A stretch of 38,211 bases of DNA from IMG/VR virus record IMGVR_UViG_2695420600_000008. The stretch is one strand, 5' to 3'. Below, in pieces: positions 18,104-27,531 of this stretch. Within the stretch, counting starts at the first letter, position 1. The number at the start of each line of letters is the position of its first letter. The notes beneath the pieces are model-generated. The model searched no databases, had not been told where the DNA came from, and saw nothing but the letters and a program-made list of their open reading frames with translations. A program made the translations under genes and the position numbers. Origin of the DNA: a virus. Lineage: Duplodnaviria > Heunggongvirae > Uroviricota > Caudoviricetes.

Positions 18104-18294
18104 AGCTGTATCATCTCTCGTTGTTTTTTCTTCTCCGGCTCCGGCATTTCCACCTCCTGTCCGGCTTCCAGAAATACCTGTCGGCAGAGTCCGGGGTTGG
18201 CATCCAGCACCTTTTCGGTGACGCCCTGCGTCGTGCCGTAGTACCGGAAACAGAGCGAATCCACGGTGTCGCCTTCCAGTGTCTTCACTTTCAT
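18097..18294 (-). CDS. X: tail protein gpX (LysM-like)
   Basis: Start at Met 18294: MKVKTLEGDTVDSLCFRYYG…ANPGL… closely resembles P2 gpX. Confidence 0.8.
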   Translation of the reverse strand: MKVKTLEGDTVDSLCFRYYGTTQGVTEKVLDANPGLCRQVFLEAGQEVEMPEPEKKKQREMIQLW

Positions 18295-18797
18295 CAGCAC
18301 AACTCCGCAAAGATTCGCGGGCGGCACAGAATGTCAGAGATGGCCCAGCTCACATCGCGCCACAAATCCGATGTCTGTATATCCAGTGCGTCCGCCCGGC
18401 GGTCGCCCTTGTCCGTTGTGTCCGCATCGCGGTAACGCTCCAGAATCAGGGCGCGTGTGGCGGTATAAACAGCATTGCGCCAGTGCCAGAGATTGACGCT
18501 TTCTCCGTTAATTACAGGTGCCGGAACATCGGCCAGCGTCTGATGGCCAGCCGCCTGCTGTTCCTGCTGCCATGCTTCCAGCTCGCGGGTAACGTGTGCC
18601 ACGGCCCCGGTGGCGGTATGCAGCAGGCGGGAGGTGGTCACGCGGCCCGGCAGTCGTACCGCCAGACGCAGCTCGCGCAGCACAATATCCGGCCAGAATG
18701 CACCCGCTGAAATACGGGTATCGCCATCTTCGGTGTCGGTGATGTCGTCCTCTGCGGGTCCGGGTTCAGTTCTGGCAACCATACTCATGGGGTTCAC
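18294..18797 (-). CDS. L: head completion/stabilisation protein gpL
   Basis: 167 aa; motifs FWPDI…LADVPA…GES…ERYRD.D.T.KGD.RADA.D…LWRDV match P2 gpL. Confidence 0.8.
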   Translation of the reverse strand: MNPMSMVARTEPGPAEDDITDTEDGDTRISAGAFWPDIVLRELRLAVRLPGRVTTSRLLHTATGAVAHVTRELEAWQQEQQAAGHQTLADVPAPVINGESVNLWHWRNAVYTATRALILERYRDADTTDKGDRRADALDIQTSDLWRDVSWAISDILCRPRIFAELC

Positions 18798-18889
18798 TCC
18801 TGAAAAAATCGGGCGGTGGGTGCGCGGTGTAAACGGTCACGGAGCCAAACCGGAACACCGCGCACGCCGCCCGCTGACGGGGTCAGTCG

Positions 18890-19690
18890 TTAACCGCGCT
18901 TCGCCTTCTGCGTCGCGGTGGTTTTTCGTGTTGCAGGCTTCCGCGTTGTCTTTTTACTTTCGCTGCTTTCGTCCTGCGCCTGCTGTGCGCTGGCGTCTTC
19001 TGGTGCGGCTGCGGAATCGGCTTTTTTCAGGGCGCGGGAAAGGGTTGCAATCTCGCGTTTCACACCTGCGTTCTGGTTCAGATGCATCGCTTCGCGCAGC
19101 AGCTTCAGTGATGAGGCCATGCTGTCCGCATCGCTCAGGCCACGGCGGGCAAAGGCGCACGCCTTGCATAATTTGGCGCGCACTTCGTCCGGCATATCCT
19201 GGTTGGCGACAATTTCCCAAAGTGTGTCCAGTGGTTCGATAAAGACGGACAAATCCGCGTCGGCATCCGTCCCGGCCTGCGTCAGTACCGGATTGCAGAT
19301 TTCTTCGGTCAGCACTGTGGCAGCAGTACGGCCAAAGTTATCCGGCATGATGAGGTTGTGACGGACCGCATACGCACCAATACGCAGCGCAAGCGGAAGA
19401 TCGCCGCAGTCAATCGCCCACACCATCAGCGTGGCAATCACTTCGTCCTGTTGCCCGCCGTCAGCCTCCAGCGTTCCCTCAATCCAGCCGGAAAAGTCCG
19501 GCAACAACGCTTTTTTGATGTCGGCTTTCGCGCTTCTGGCCTGTACGCCCTTAAGCCGGGCCTGTGCCAGACGCAGACGATACAGCACCTCTTCATGCGC
19601 GGTACGCGCGGCGTGGTCCACACCTTCATTCGCCCGGCCTGCGCGCTGTGCCATCACGTTCTGCCAGTGTTGCTGTGCAGGAGTAATCAT
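18890..19690 (-). CDS. M: terminase endonuclease (small) subunit gpM
   Basis: 266 aa; DMPDEVRAKL motif and basic C-terminal tail as in P2 gpM; synteny after N. Confidence 0.8.
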   Translation of the reverse strand: MITPAQQHWQNVMAQRAGRANEGVDHAARTAHEEVLYRLRLAQARLKGVQARSAKADIKKALLPDFSGWIEGTLEADGGQQDEVIATLMVWAIDCGDLPLALRIGAYAVRHNLIMPDNFGRTAATVLTEEICNPVLTQAGTDADADLSVFIEPLDTLWEIVANQDMPDEVRAKLCKACAFARRGLSDADSMASSLKLLREAMHLNQNAGVKREIATLSRALKKADSAAAPEDASAQQAQDESSESKKTTRKPATRKTTATQKAKRG

Positions 19691-19735
19691 TTTTTCTCTC
19701 CGTTACAGGCGGGCATGATGCCCGCCGTGAGTTGA

Positions 19736-20788
19736 TTAGCTGTCGGCGAACTTCAGGCCAGTGACCATCGCGCACTTGCCATAGTCTTCAACGACATAAG
19801 CGTCATTGATGGACTGGTAGGTGGCGATGCGGTTGTATTCCGGTTCGTCTTTCATCAGACGACGCATTGAACCTTTCTGCCAGTAAATCGACAGGTTGTT
19901 GAATGAGGTGATCAGCATCGTTGCATCCGGGAAGAACGGTGCAAGGAACACACCCAGCCCGCCAATGGTGCGCGATGACAGGATGAGCTGCCCGGCAAGT
20001 AATTCCGCATTGGGATTCTGGCCGCTGATGCTGTTCAGCACTGGCAGACGCAGCGAGTTAAACAGGTTGCGCCCCATAATCACCACGAGGTCGTCAGCTT
20101 CCTTGTGCCATTCATCCAGCAGAGATGAGCGCGCGTCCTGTACCAGTGCATCAGGGTTCGCGTATTTACCCGCGTGCGCCACGGTGTTGTCCATGTTGCG
20201 GGAAGTCAGCGTCACGTCATTCATTACGCGCTCGCTGGCATTGGTTCTGATGTGCTCCAGCCACCCCACGTTAACGTCCTGAAGCAGCTTGTTGGTGCTG
20301 AAGTTGGACTCATCCGCGTGAGATGTGCCGTTGAAACCGATCATGATGCGGTCAAGTGCCACCTGTCGGGCAATCTGTGCGCTGATGCGGGACTGAAAAT
20401 CGCTGTGTGCCGACCAGGCATCAAGCTGCGGATACGAAATAAACGTGTCGTAGTTCACCTGTTCGCACTGGTATTTGCGGTTTTTCAGATCAACCACGTT
20501 ATTCGGGTTACGGCGTTTTGTTCCGTCATAACTGGTATTTGTGCGTGCAATCGGTCCTGTGGTGTCCAGGAGGATTTTTTCGCCTTTCTGGTCGGTCACG
20601 CCGATCACGTTAATTTTTTTTGTAAGTTCGGTGCTATCCTTTGAGGCGTTTTCAAAACGTTGCTGCACCGCAGGTTCCACGGTAAATCGCGATACCAGTG
20701 CAGAAACCGGGATATTGTTAAGCGACGCCTGCTGCGCCATATAGCAACCCAGCTTGTTGCGGGTAATATCTGACATCACCAGATTCAT
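19736..20788 (-). CDS. N: major capsid protein gpN
   Basis: 350 aa; RFTVEP…GEKI…MIGFNG…LQDV.VGWL…YVVEDY pattern of P2 gpN; AAGGAG SD 10 nt upstream. Confidence 0.85.
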   Translation of the reverse strand: MNLVMSDITRNKLGCYMAQQASLNNIPVSALVSRFTVEPAVQQRFENASKDSTELTKKINVIGVTDQKGEKILLDTTGPIARTNTSYDGTKRRNPNNVVDLKNRKYQCEQVNYDTFISYPQLDAWSAHSDFQSRISAQIARQVALDRIMIGFNGTSHADESNFSTNKLLQDVNVGWLEHIRTNASERVMNDVTLTSRNMDNTVAHAGKYANPDALVQDARSSLLDEWHKEADDLVVIMGRNLFNSLRLPVLNSISGQNPNAELLAGQLILSSRTIGGLGVFLAPFFPDATMLITSFNNLSIYWQKGSMRRLMKDEPEYNRIATYQSINDAYVVEDYGKCAMVTGLKFADS

Positions 20789-20811
20789 AAAAAATTTGCT
20801 CCTTTGTCTTA

Positions 20812-21648
20812 TCAGAAGTCAGCCAGCTGGTCGGAGGCTGCGCCCGTTGCGGTGAACCGGTTCTGCGGATCGCCGTCCTGCGTGCGCAGTTTTTCCTTCA
20901 GTGCTGTCAGCTCCGTGGTCAGTAAAGTGATTTTCTGGCTGTCCTGCTGATGGCGTGTTTCCAGCGCATTAAAACGGTCGATAATGTCGGCCTGTGACGT
21001 TGCGACGCTTTCCACCGCTTCCTGAATACGGGAGAAACTGGCGTCATCCGCTTTGCGGCCACGACCAATAATCCCCATTACGCGGTTAAACCACTGGGTG
21101 CCTTCTTCCTGGCGTTGTTCTGCCATTTCGATGATTTCAGACTCGATGGCTTCGGAGATAAGCGGTGCTTCACCCTGGATACTGTTGAACGTCATCACCG
21201 CCTGACGTTGCTGTGCCGTGAATTTCAGGCGCTCAGTGCCCAGGCTTGCCGGGGTGTCGGTCATCGCCAGCCCGACCAGATAGGCGCGCCCGTTAACGGA
21301 GAACTGCGGGTGCAGTTCGATACTGGAATAGATTTTCTTGCCGTCCGCGACAAGCTGCTTCATGCGCTCGGTCGGTTCGATTTCTGCATACAGCGCAGTA
21401 CGTCCGGCCAGCGGACCTTCCGTAATGTCTTCCGTACTCAGTGCGGTGACATCGCCCATTGCGGAAAATTCGCTTGACGGGCATGGCGAGAGATAGTGCT
21501 CAACGTTCACGCGGGCAGCGTAAACATCCGGGTTGAAGTTCTCGGCGGCTTCACGCAGATGCACCGGACTGATTTCACGGCCATCAACAGTTGATCCGGA
21601 GACAGCCACGCGAAACTTTTTGCGGGATGTCTTTTTTTCATTAGCCAT
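20812..21648 (-). CDS. O: capsid scaffolding protein gpO
   Basis: ORF 20812..21681; preferred start 21648 (MANEKK…); motifs KYLVGLAMTDTPASLGTE and N-terminal F.V.V.G.T.DGR.IS resemble P2 gpO. Confidence 0.8.
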   Translation of the reverse strand: MANEKKTSRKKFRVAVSGSTVDGREISPVHLREAAENFNPDVYAARVNVEHYLSPCPSSEFSAMGDVTALSTEDITEGPLAGRTALYAEIEPTERMKQLVADGKKIYSSIELHPQFSVNGRAYLVGLAMTDTPASLGTERLKFTAQQRQAVMTFNSIQGEAPLISEAIESEIIEMAEQRQEEGTQWFNRVMGIIGRGRKADDASFSRIQEAVESVATSQADIIDRFNALETRHQQDSQKITLLTTELTALKEKLRTQDGDPQNRFTATGAASDQLADF

Positions 21649-21802
21649 AGTTTTTGCCCCTCTGACTGGTTCTTCAGTCATGATGGCAAAGCGTAACAGG
21701 CTGATACAAAGGGCTTTTGTTGTAAGAAAACGGCCAGAACAGGGGGTTAAGGAGAACGGTTTCGCGCGCGGGTAATCTTCCTGTAATTACTCAGGGGGAG
21801 CA

Positions 21803-23554
21803 ATGATTCAGGACGCTTTTGTGCGCCAGCGTGCGCGGCAACTTTACTGGCAGGGTTATCCGCCCGCAGAAATATCACGTCTGATGGGAATAAACCCGAA
21901 CACGATTTATGCGTGGAAAAAACGCGACCAGTGGGATGAAACGCCACCCGTGCAGCGTGTCACGCAGTCCATCGATGCGCGCCTCATCCAGCTTACTGAA
22001 AAACAGAATAAAACAGGTGGTGACTTTAAGGAAATAGACCTGCTGACCCGGCAGCTTAAAAAACTGCATGATGGCCAGCCGGATGCGACGGCCACAGGAA
22101 AGAAAGGCCGGGCGAAAAAACTCAAAAATCATTTCACGCCGGAACAGATTGCCGCACTGCGGGAAAAAATCATCAGCAGGCTGGAGTGGCATCAGCGGGG
22201 CTGGTTTGACTCCCTGACGCTTTGCAGGGAAGCCGGGATACGTAACAGGATGATCCTGAAATCCCGACAGATTGGGGCGACCTGGTATTTTGCACAGGAA
22301 GCACTGCTGATGGCGCTGCGTGACGATGTGGCACAACCTTACCAGCGTAACCAGATTTTTTTGTCTGCGTCGCGTCGTCAGGCGTTCCAGTTTAAAAGCA
22401 TTATTCAGAAGGCCGCGGCTGAAGTCGATGTGGAGCTGAAAGGGGGCGATAAAATCATCCTCTCCAACGGCGCAGAGATGCATTTTCTCGGCACTTCTGC
22501 TGCGACGGCGCAATCTTACACGGGCAATTTTTATTTTGATGAATTTTTCTGGGTCAGTCGCTTTGCTGAACTGCGCAAGGTGGCTGGCGCTATGGCAACC
22601 CTCAGCGGACTGCGGCGCACCTGCTTCTCCACGCCATCCACCGAAACGCACGAGGCATACGCCTACTGGAACGGCGACCGCTGGAACGAGAAAAAGGCCG
22701 CGCATAAACGCCAGCGTTTTTCTGTGGACTGGAAAACGCTGCATAACGGGCTTATCTGCCCTGACCGGACGTGGCGGCAAATTGTCACGCTGGAAGATGT
22801 GGTTAATCACGGCTGGAAACACACCGATATTGATGAAATTCGTGATGAAAACACCGAAGACGAGTTCCGCAATCTCTATATGTGTGAGTTTGTCCGCGAA
22901 GGGGAATCGGCATTTAACCTGAATATCCTGATTGGCTGCGGTGTTGACGGATACGACGACTGGAAAGACTGGAAACCCTTTGCCCCCCGCCCGATGGGGA
23001 ATCGTCCGGTATGGATTGGGTATGACGCAAACGGCAGCAGTGGTAACGGCGACAGCGGCGCTGTGTCCGTGGTGGTTCCTCCGGCTGTTCCTGGTGGTCG
23101 TTTCAGAACGGTGGAGACGCGACGCGTTCAGGGGCTGGAATTTGAAGAGCAGGCCAGAGTTATTGAAGAGTTCACGTATCGCTACAACGTGGAACACATC
23201 GGCATTGATGCGACGGGAGGGCACGGGGATGCCGTCTATCAGATAGTGAAACGGTTTTTTCCCGCCGCCATCCCTTACACCTTCACGCTGTCATCAAAAC
23301 GGTCGCTGGTACTGAAAATGCTGCAAATAATGCGTGCCGGGCGGTGGGAATACGATCGCGCCGAACGCGAGCTGGTTGCGGCCTTTAACGCCGTGCGTAA
23401 GGTGAAAACACCGGGCGGTTTTATCACTTACGAAACGGACCGCGCGAGGGGGATCAGCCACGGCGACCTTGCGTGGGCAACCATGCTTGCTGTCATTAAC
23501 GAACCGATTGGCGGCGAAGGAGAAAACGAGCGTTTCACGGTTATGGAGTTCTGA
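21803..23554 (+). CDS. P: terminase large subunit (ATPase) gpP
   Basis: 583 aa; divergent from O as in P2; N-terminal helix-turn-helix-like region and central ATPase region. Confidence 0.8.
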   Translation: MIQDAFVRQRARQLYWQGYPPAEISRLMGINPNTIYAWKKRDQWDETPPVQRVTQSIDARLIQLTEKQNKTGGDFKEIDLLTRQLKKLHDGQPDATATGKKGRAKKLKNHFTPEQIAALREKIISRLEWHQRGWFDSLTLCREAGIRNRMILKSRQIGATWYFAQEALLMALRDDVAQPYQRNQIFLSASRRQAFQFKSIIQKAAAEVDVELKGGDKIILSNGAEMHFLGTSAATAQSYTGNFYFDEFFWVSRFAELRKVAGAMATLSGLRRTCFSTPSTETHEAYAYWNGDRWNEKKAAHKRQRFSVDWKTLHNGLICPDRTWRQIVTLEDVVNHGWKHTDIDEIRDENTEDEFRNLYMCEFVREGESAFNLNILIGCGVDGYDDWKDWKPFAPRPMGNRPVWIGYDANGSSGNGDSGAVSVVVPPAVPGGRFRTVETRRVQGLEFEEQARVIEEFTYRYNVEHIGIDATGGHGDAVYQIVKRFFPAAIPYTFTLSSKRSLVLKMLQIMRAGRWEYDRAERELVAAFNAVRKVKTPGGFITYETDRARGISHGDLAWATMLAVINEPIGGEGENERFTVMEF

Positions 23555-24600
23555 TGAGCAGAAAAAATAAAAAAGTGCGCATGAGTTCACGCATTGATCT
23601 CGCTGATGCGCTCAGGAAAGAATCGTCGCTCAGTGCATTCACATTTGATGGTCCTTACCGCCTGACCGGGCATGACCTGCTGGACAATATGTACTGTGCT
23701 GATAACGGGCGGTGGTATGAAACCCCGGTGGACTGGTACGGTCTGGCAAGAGCTGCCCGGCAAACGTCCTGGCATCAGTCTGCGCTTTACTTTAAGCGCA
23801 ATGTATTGCTCGGCTGCTATATTCCGCACCCGCTGCTTTCCCGGCAGGATTTCTCGGCGCTGGCGCTGGACTGGTTTGTGTTCGGTAACGCATTCCTTGA
23901 GCTTCGGAGCAATATGCTCGGCGAACCGCTTAAATTACGGCACGCCCTGGCGAAATACATGCGACGCGGAAGCGATCTTGAATCATGGTGGTATGTGCAG
24001 GATGGCAAGGATGCGTTTCAGTTTCGTCCTGGCAAAGTGTGCCACCTGATGAATCCGGATATTAACCAGGAAATCTACGGCATGCCGGAATATCTTGGCG
24101 CATTACTCTCGGCCAGCCTTTCTCATTCGGCGGACATGTTCAGAAAACTGTACTACGACAACGGATCCCACGCCGGGTGCATCATCTACATCGGTGCAGC
24201 GCAGGTAAACCGCGAAAGCATGGACTCCCTGAAAGAAACGCTACAGGGGGCACGTGGTGGTGGTGCGTTTAAAAACGTGCTCATTCATGCGCCCAACGGG
24301 GGCAAAGAGGGGGTGCAAATTTTGCCGTTCCAGCAGATCACCGCAAAGGATGAGTTCATGAATGTTAAGGCGGCATCCCGTGATGATGTGCTGGCTGCGC
24401 ACCGCGTTCCGCCGCAACTGATGGGGGCGATGCCGGGCGAAAAAAGTGCGTTTGGTGATGTGGAGAAGGCCGCGCGGGTTTACGCAATTAACGAGCTGAT
24501 GCCCGTCATGGAGGCCATGAAGCACATCAATGACTGGCTTGGCGAAGAGGTGATCCGCTTTAACCCTTACGCACTGTTAGACACCCAGCCCACATCCTGA
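23554..24600 (+). CDS. Q: portal (capsid portal) protein gpQ
   Basis: 348 aa directly downstream of P with an ATGA overlap; P2 Q position and size. Confidence 0.8.
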   Translation: MSRKNKKVRMSSRIDLADALRKESSLSAFTFDGPYRLTGHDLLDNMYCADNGRWYETPVDWYGLARAARQTSWHQSALYFKRNVLLGCYIPHPLLSRQDFSALALDWFVFGNAFLELRSNMLGEPLKLRHALAKYMRRGSDLESWWYVQDGKDAFQFRPGKVCHLMNPDINQEIYGMPEYLGALLSASLSHSADMFRKLYYDNGSHAGCIIYIGAAQVNRESMDSLKETLQGARGGGAFKNVLIHAPNGGKEGVQILPFQQITAKDEFMNVKAASRDDVLAAHRVPPQLMGAMPGEKSAFGDVEKAARVYAINELMPVMEAMKHINDWLGEEVIRFNPYALLDTQPTS

Positions 24601-25091
24601 CGCGCTTCGCTTGTCTGCTGCTTCGCCGGGGCATAAAAAATTTATGCCCCGACTCTCCAGCTCCTGTATCAGTCAGATAATTTCACGACGCTTTCCTGCT
24701 GATTGCCATCATCGACAGTCAGACTCTTACGCAATCCCACCTCGTTGACTGCATATTCTCGCCGTCTCAGTGCGATTTTGACGGCCTTACCTTTCACCCC
24801 ATCAAATCAAAAGCCCTCACGTCTTTTTCACGCTCAGCGTGAGAAATACAGCCATTCTGTTGTATCTCTGCGACATCGTTCAGGGAATGCTATTTACCCC
24901 CTGAAACGCGGGCTGTTCCCCCGTCACCTGCGCGCAGAAAAAACGCGTTTTTTTGTGCATGCACGGATCCTTGACGGATCCAGCCGCCACGCGGGCCGGA
25001 AGGGCAAAAAGTCGTTCAAAAAAATTGTGCAAATTTGTGCACTATTGTGCATTTATAAAATCAACTAAAAAACACCTAGTGTGACTTACCT
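24601..25091. other. probable cos/packaging region (non-coding, repeat- and palindrome-rich)
   Basis: Non-coding gap between portal and the end of the early operon, where P2 cos lies; contains palindrome ggggcataaaaaatttatgcccc (24628..24650), palindrome aaaaaacgcgtttttt, direct repeat acggatcc x2 and phased TTGTGCA repeats. The exact P2 19-nt cos sequence was not found. Confidence 0.4.
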
Positions 25092-25277
25092 CTACCACTC
25101 GATCGGCACGTAGTCATTAAGTTCCGGAGACCAATTGCACTTTTCACATCTGTGTTTTCCATTCTGGCAGATACATAAACGATAACGGCCACAATGCGGG
25201 CACCCATTTTCACCATTATCATAATCACCGAGCGACCATTCCTGCATAAGCAGCTCTTCTTCATCATCATTTAGCAT
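25092..25277 (-). CDS. hypothetical zinc-ribbon protein (cysteine-rich, 61 aa)
   Basis: CPHCGRYRLCICQNGKHRCEKC cysteine cluster; acidic N-terminus; last gene of the early operon next to cos. Confidence 0.5.
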   Translation of the reverse strand: MLNDDEEELLMQEWSLGDYDNGENGCPHCGRYRLCICQNGKHRCEKCNWSPELNDYVPIEW

Positions 25278-25291
25278 TAATCCCCCTTGAG

Positions 25292-25531
25292 CTATTTACT
25301 CTTCTCGGCCCTCAAAATCATACGAGAACCATCATCCAGCTCCCAATTAATTTCACCGCCTTCTGCCATGACTAGATGCCAAACGAGTTGAGCGGCCTCG
25401 TTGGTTACATCGCGACCGCGATCATTTCCTACGCGGCGTTTTGTTCCGTCTCCTAAGTCACGCATTTTTGCCAATACGATGGTTTTTGATAGCGGTGAAA
25501 AACCAAGCTGTAGTCGTGCTGAATTACTCAC
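25292..25531 (-). CDS. hypothetical protein (79 aa)
   Basis: ORF in operon context, overlapping the upstream gene by 4 nt; no recognisable motif. Confidence 0.45.
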   Translation of the reverse strand: MSNSARLQLGFSPLSKTIVLAKMRDLGDGTKRRVGNDRGRDVTNEAAQLVWHLVMAEGGEINWELDDGSRMILRAEKSK

Positions 25532-26052
25532 TGGCTGCCCCCTTTGTACTGTGTTAACTCTTCCTGCTCCTGCATCATGCGATTGACCTGAACGCGTGTG
25601 CGTCGAACGGCAAAATTAAATTGAAACATGAGCCGGAACATTTCTGATGCTTCCGTGTGAGCATCACGGATAGGTGACAGGCGGTACAGTTCTGCCTCCG
25701 TAGCTTGTTGAATCAATGACAGATCAAATTGAAGTGCGGGTCTGGTACATTTTGCACATCTGGCAGCAAGCTCCGGTATTAGTCTCTTAACGAAGGTGTT
25801 TTGCACCGCTTTGTTGATTTGTGTCTGCATCCAAATCGCAAATTTCAGCGAACGCATAAGTTTGATAGCCTCGGGCAGCGGCAGATAGATCATGCTGGTA
25901 GATTTGGGTGGTTGGTGAACCATCTTCACGGATACGCGATTTCGCAGCGTTCGGAAAATCGTGTTCCCAACAACAGCTTCTACGGATACAGGACAGGGAG
26001 CCAGACCAGCCCGCAGTGCTTCTTTCATTAGCATGTATTCGTATTTTTTCAT
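25528..26052 (-). CDS. hypothetical protein (174 aa)
   Basis: ORF in operon context; no recognisable family by eye. Confidence 0.5.
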   Translation of the reverse strand: MKKYEYMLMKEALRAGLAPCPVSVEAVVGNTIFRTLRNRVSVKMVHQPPKSTSMIYLPLPEAIKLMRSLKFAIWMQTQINKAVQNTFVKRLIPELAARCAKCTRPALQFDLSLIQQATEAELYRLSPIRDAHTEASEMFRLMFQFNFAVRRTRVQVNRMMQEQEELTQYKGGSQ

Positions 26053-26112
26053 CGTGTTTTCCTCGTGCGGGGCGACAGTGCACCCCGATAAAATTAAAAG
26101 CCGTCAAATTCG

Positions 26113-26424
26113 TCATTCAGGAAATAATGCCCGGATATTCCCTGCTATCTGACTGGTTATCTGTGCGGTTGGTACTGGCTGTGGCACGGGGCGTTCTGTC
26201 CTGGTTTGTGTCACCGATAACGCCTCATCGTCAGCCCATGCAGCCAGTCGGTAAGCCTCTGCTGGATTCATTTTCAGAAGTGCCAGCCCGGCCAGAAAAG
26301 CCACGCGTTGGCCGCTTTTGCGGGCTTCTGGTGTAAGGCTGCCCAGCCAGGCGCATGCTTCGCTTTCGTTCTTGACGGCCGCAGGCTTCAGATAGAAACT
26401 TATCCGTCTGGTTGGTGTCGTCAT
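26113..26424 (-). CDS. parR: ParR/StbB-like centromere-binding protein (putative)
   Basis: ORF 26113..26559; preferred start 26424, giving ~104 aa directly downstream of parM; resembles plasmid R1 ParR as I recall it (RRISFYLKP vs RRTIAFKLNP; C-terminal IRALFPE vs LRSLFPKE). Confidence 0.55.
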   Translation of the reverse strand: MTTPTRRISFYLKPAAVKNESEACAWLGSLTPEARKSGQRVAFLAGLALLKMNPAEAYRLAAWADDEALSVTQTRTERPVPQPVPTAQITSQIAGNIRALFPE

Positions 26425-26428
26425 TGGT

Positions 26429-27388
26429 TTACTCCTTGTCCATTGCGTACAGCCCATTAACCAGAGCAAACTGTGGCACCCCGTCCGCGATGAAAGTCGC
26501 ATTAACTCCGCAGGCTTCGCGGATAGCGGGTGCCACAATCTCCGCCCCTCCACCGACAACCATCACCCGCCCGTAACCCGAAAAACCCGCCAGCGCGCGG
26601 ATCACGCGTTGTTTCAGTGTTTCTTCCTTTTCACGAATAACCGCCATCAGGCTGGCGTAATGCGCGTCATTGTGGATGTGCTGGCGCAGCCAGGCTTCAT
26701 CATGGCGATGTTCGATAATGGTATTGGCGATGTGGTGACTGGTGCGCATACCGTTAGTGGCCATCACCGACAGTACGGCATCGGCCATCAGAGAAACGCC
26801 TACGTGTGGATCGCAAAACACCTGGCTGATACCTGCCAGTTGCCCCTGAACCTTTGCCACATCCAGCGTGGTTCCGCCCAAATCCACAATCAGCAGGGAT
26901 TCAAACGGACTCATGTCAGCCAGTGCCTTAAAGCCAGCCGGAATGGATTCAGGCATAACCCGCACGTTACGGATAGTGAATGCTTCGCCGTTCTGGTACT
27001 CCACCGGGCGCATAACGTTCGCTTTTTTGCGGTTGATGTTGGCCATGTCCGGCTGTGCGTTTGTGTCGAAATACTCGCTCAGTGGCAGGGTGACAACCAC
27101 ATCCACCTCCTGTGGCGTGATGCCTGATTTGACCAGCGCGTGATGAATGGCAATGACATTTACATCGCTGTACTGGTATTGCGTGTCGGTTGTCTGGACA
27201 AAGCGATCGCTGACCGGATCAAAACCATAGCGCACGCCATCAAGCATGTAGTTCGCGGGCTGCATGCCACCGAACGGCGCAGACCATTCCGACTTGAAGC
27301 TGTTCGGGCTGATGGCGTTGCGGCGTTCGCCGTTCTCAGTCCATGCCAGCTTGATGTTGGTGGAGCCGTCGTCGATACAAATTTTCAT
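26429..27388 (-). CDS. parM: ParM/StbA-like actin-type plasmid segregation ATPase
   Basis: 319 aa; MKICIDDGSTNIKLAW…ISPNSF…YSDVNVIAIHHAL…VMPESIPAG…LIVDLGGTTLDV…GVSL…VVGGGAEI strongly resembles R1 ParM including the actin-fold phosphate loops. Confidence 0.8.
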   Translation of the reverse strand: MKICIDDGSTNIKLAWTENGERRNAISPNSFKSEWSAPFGGMQPANYMLDGVRYGFDPVSDRFVQTTDTQYQYSDVNVIAIHHALVKSGITPQEVDVVVTLPLSEYFDTNAQPDMANINRKKANVMRPVEYQNGEAFTIRNVRVMPESIPAGFKALADMSPFESLLIVDLGGTTLDVAKVQGQLAGISQVFCDPHVGVSLMADAVLSVMATNGMRTSHHIANTIIEHRHDEAWLRQHIHNDAHYASLMAVIREKEETLKQRVIRALAGFSGYGRVMVVGGGAEIVAPAIREACGVNATFIADGVPQFALVNGLYAMDKE

Positions 27389-27415
27389 GTCGCTTTTCCT
27401 TATGTTGATTAATTA

Positions 27416-27531
27416 ATCGTTTACGGGATTCTGAAATCCCGTTTTTGCCTGTTTTGTGCGCGCTTCATATATCGCTGCGCGTTTTTTGCTCATTTACGGG
27501 ATTCGTGAGTCCCGTTTCTGTCTGTTTTTTG
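27416..27531 (+). repeat. two copies of a ~42-bp hairpin-containing direct repeat upstream of parM (candidate parC centromere/operator)
   Basis: Copy 1 hairpin acgggattctgaaatcccgt (27423..27442) then ttttgcctgttttgtg; copy 2 hairpin acgggattcgtgagtcccgt (27496..27515) then ttctgtctgttttttg; copy 2 lies in the 3' end of the A coding region. Confidence 0.5.

Noticed and set aside
21875-23224. 449-aa ORF on the - strand
   Set aside because: Entirely antisense to the well-supported terminase large subunit gene; Arg/Pro-rich composition typical of a GC-rich antisense frame.
24628-24650. Palindrome after the portal gene as a rho-independent terminator
   Set aside because: Perfect hairpin but no U-rich tract on either side, so it is treated as part of the cos-region structure rather than a confident terminator.
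24601-25091. Exact P2 19-nt cohesive end sequence
   Set aside because: I could not find a convincing match to the P2 cos end as I recall it, so the region is annotated only as a probable cos region.
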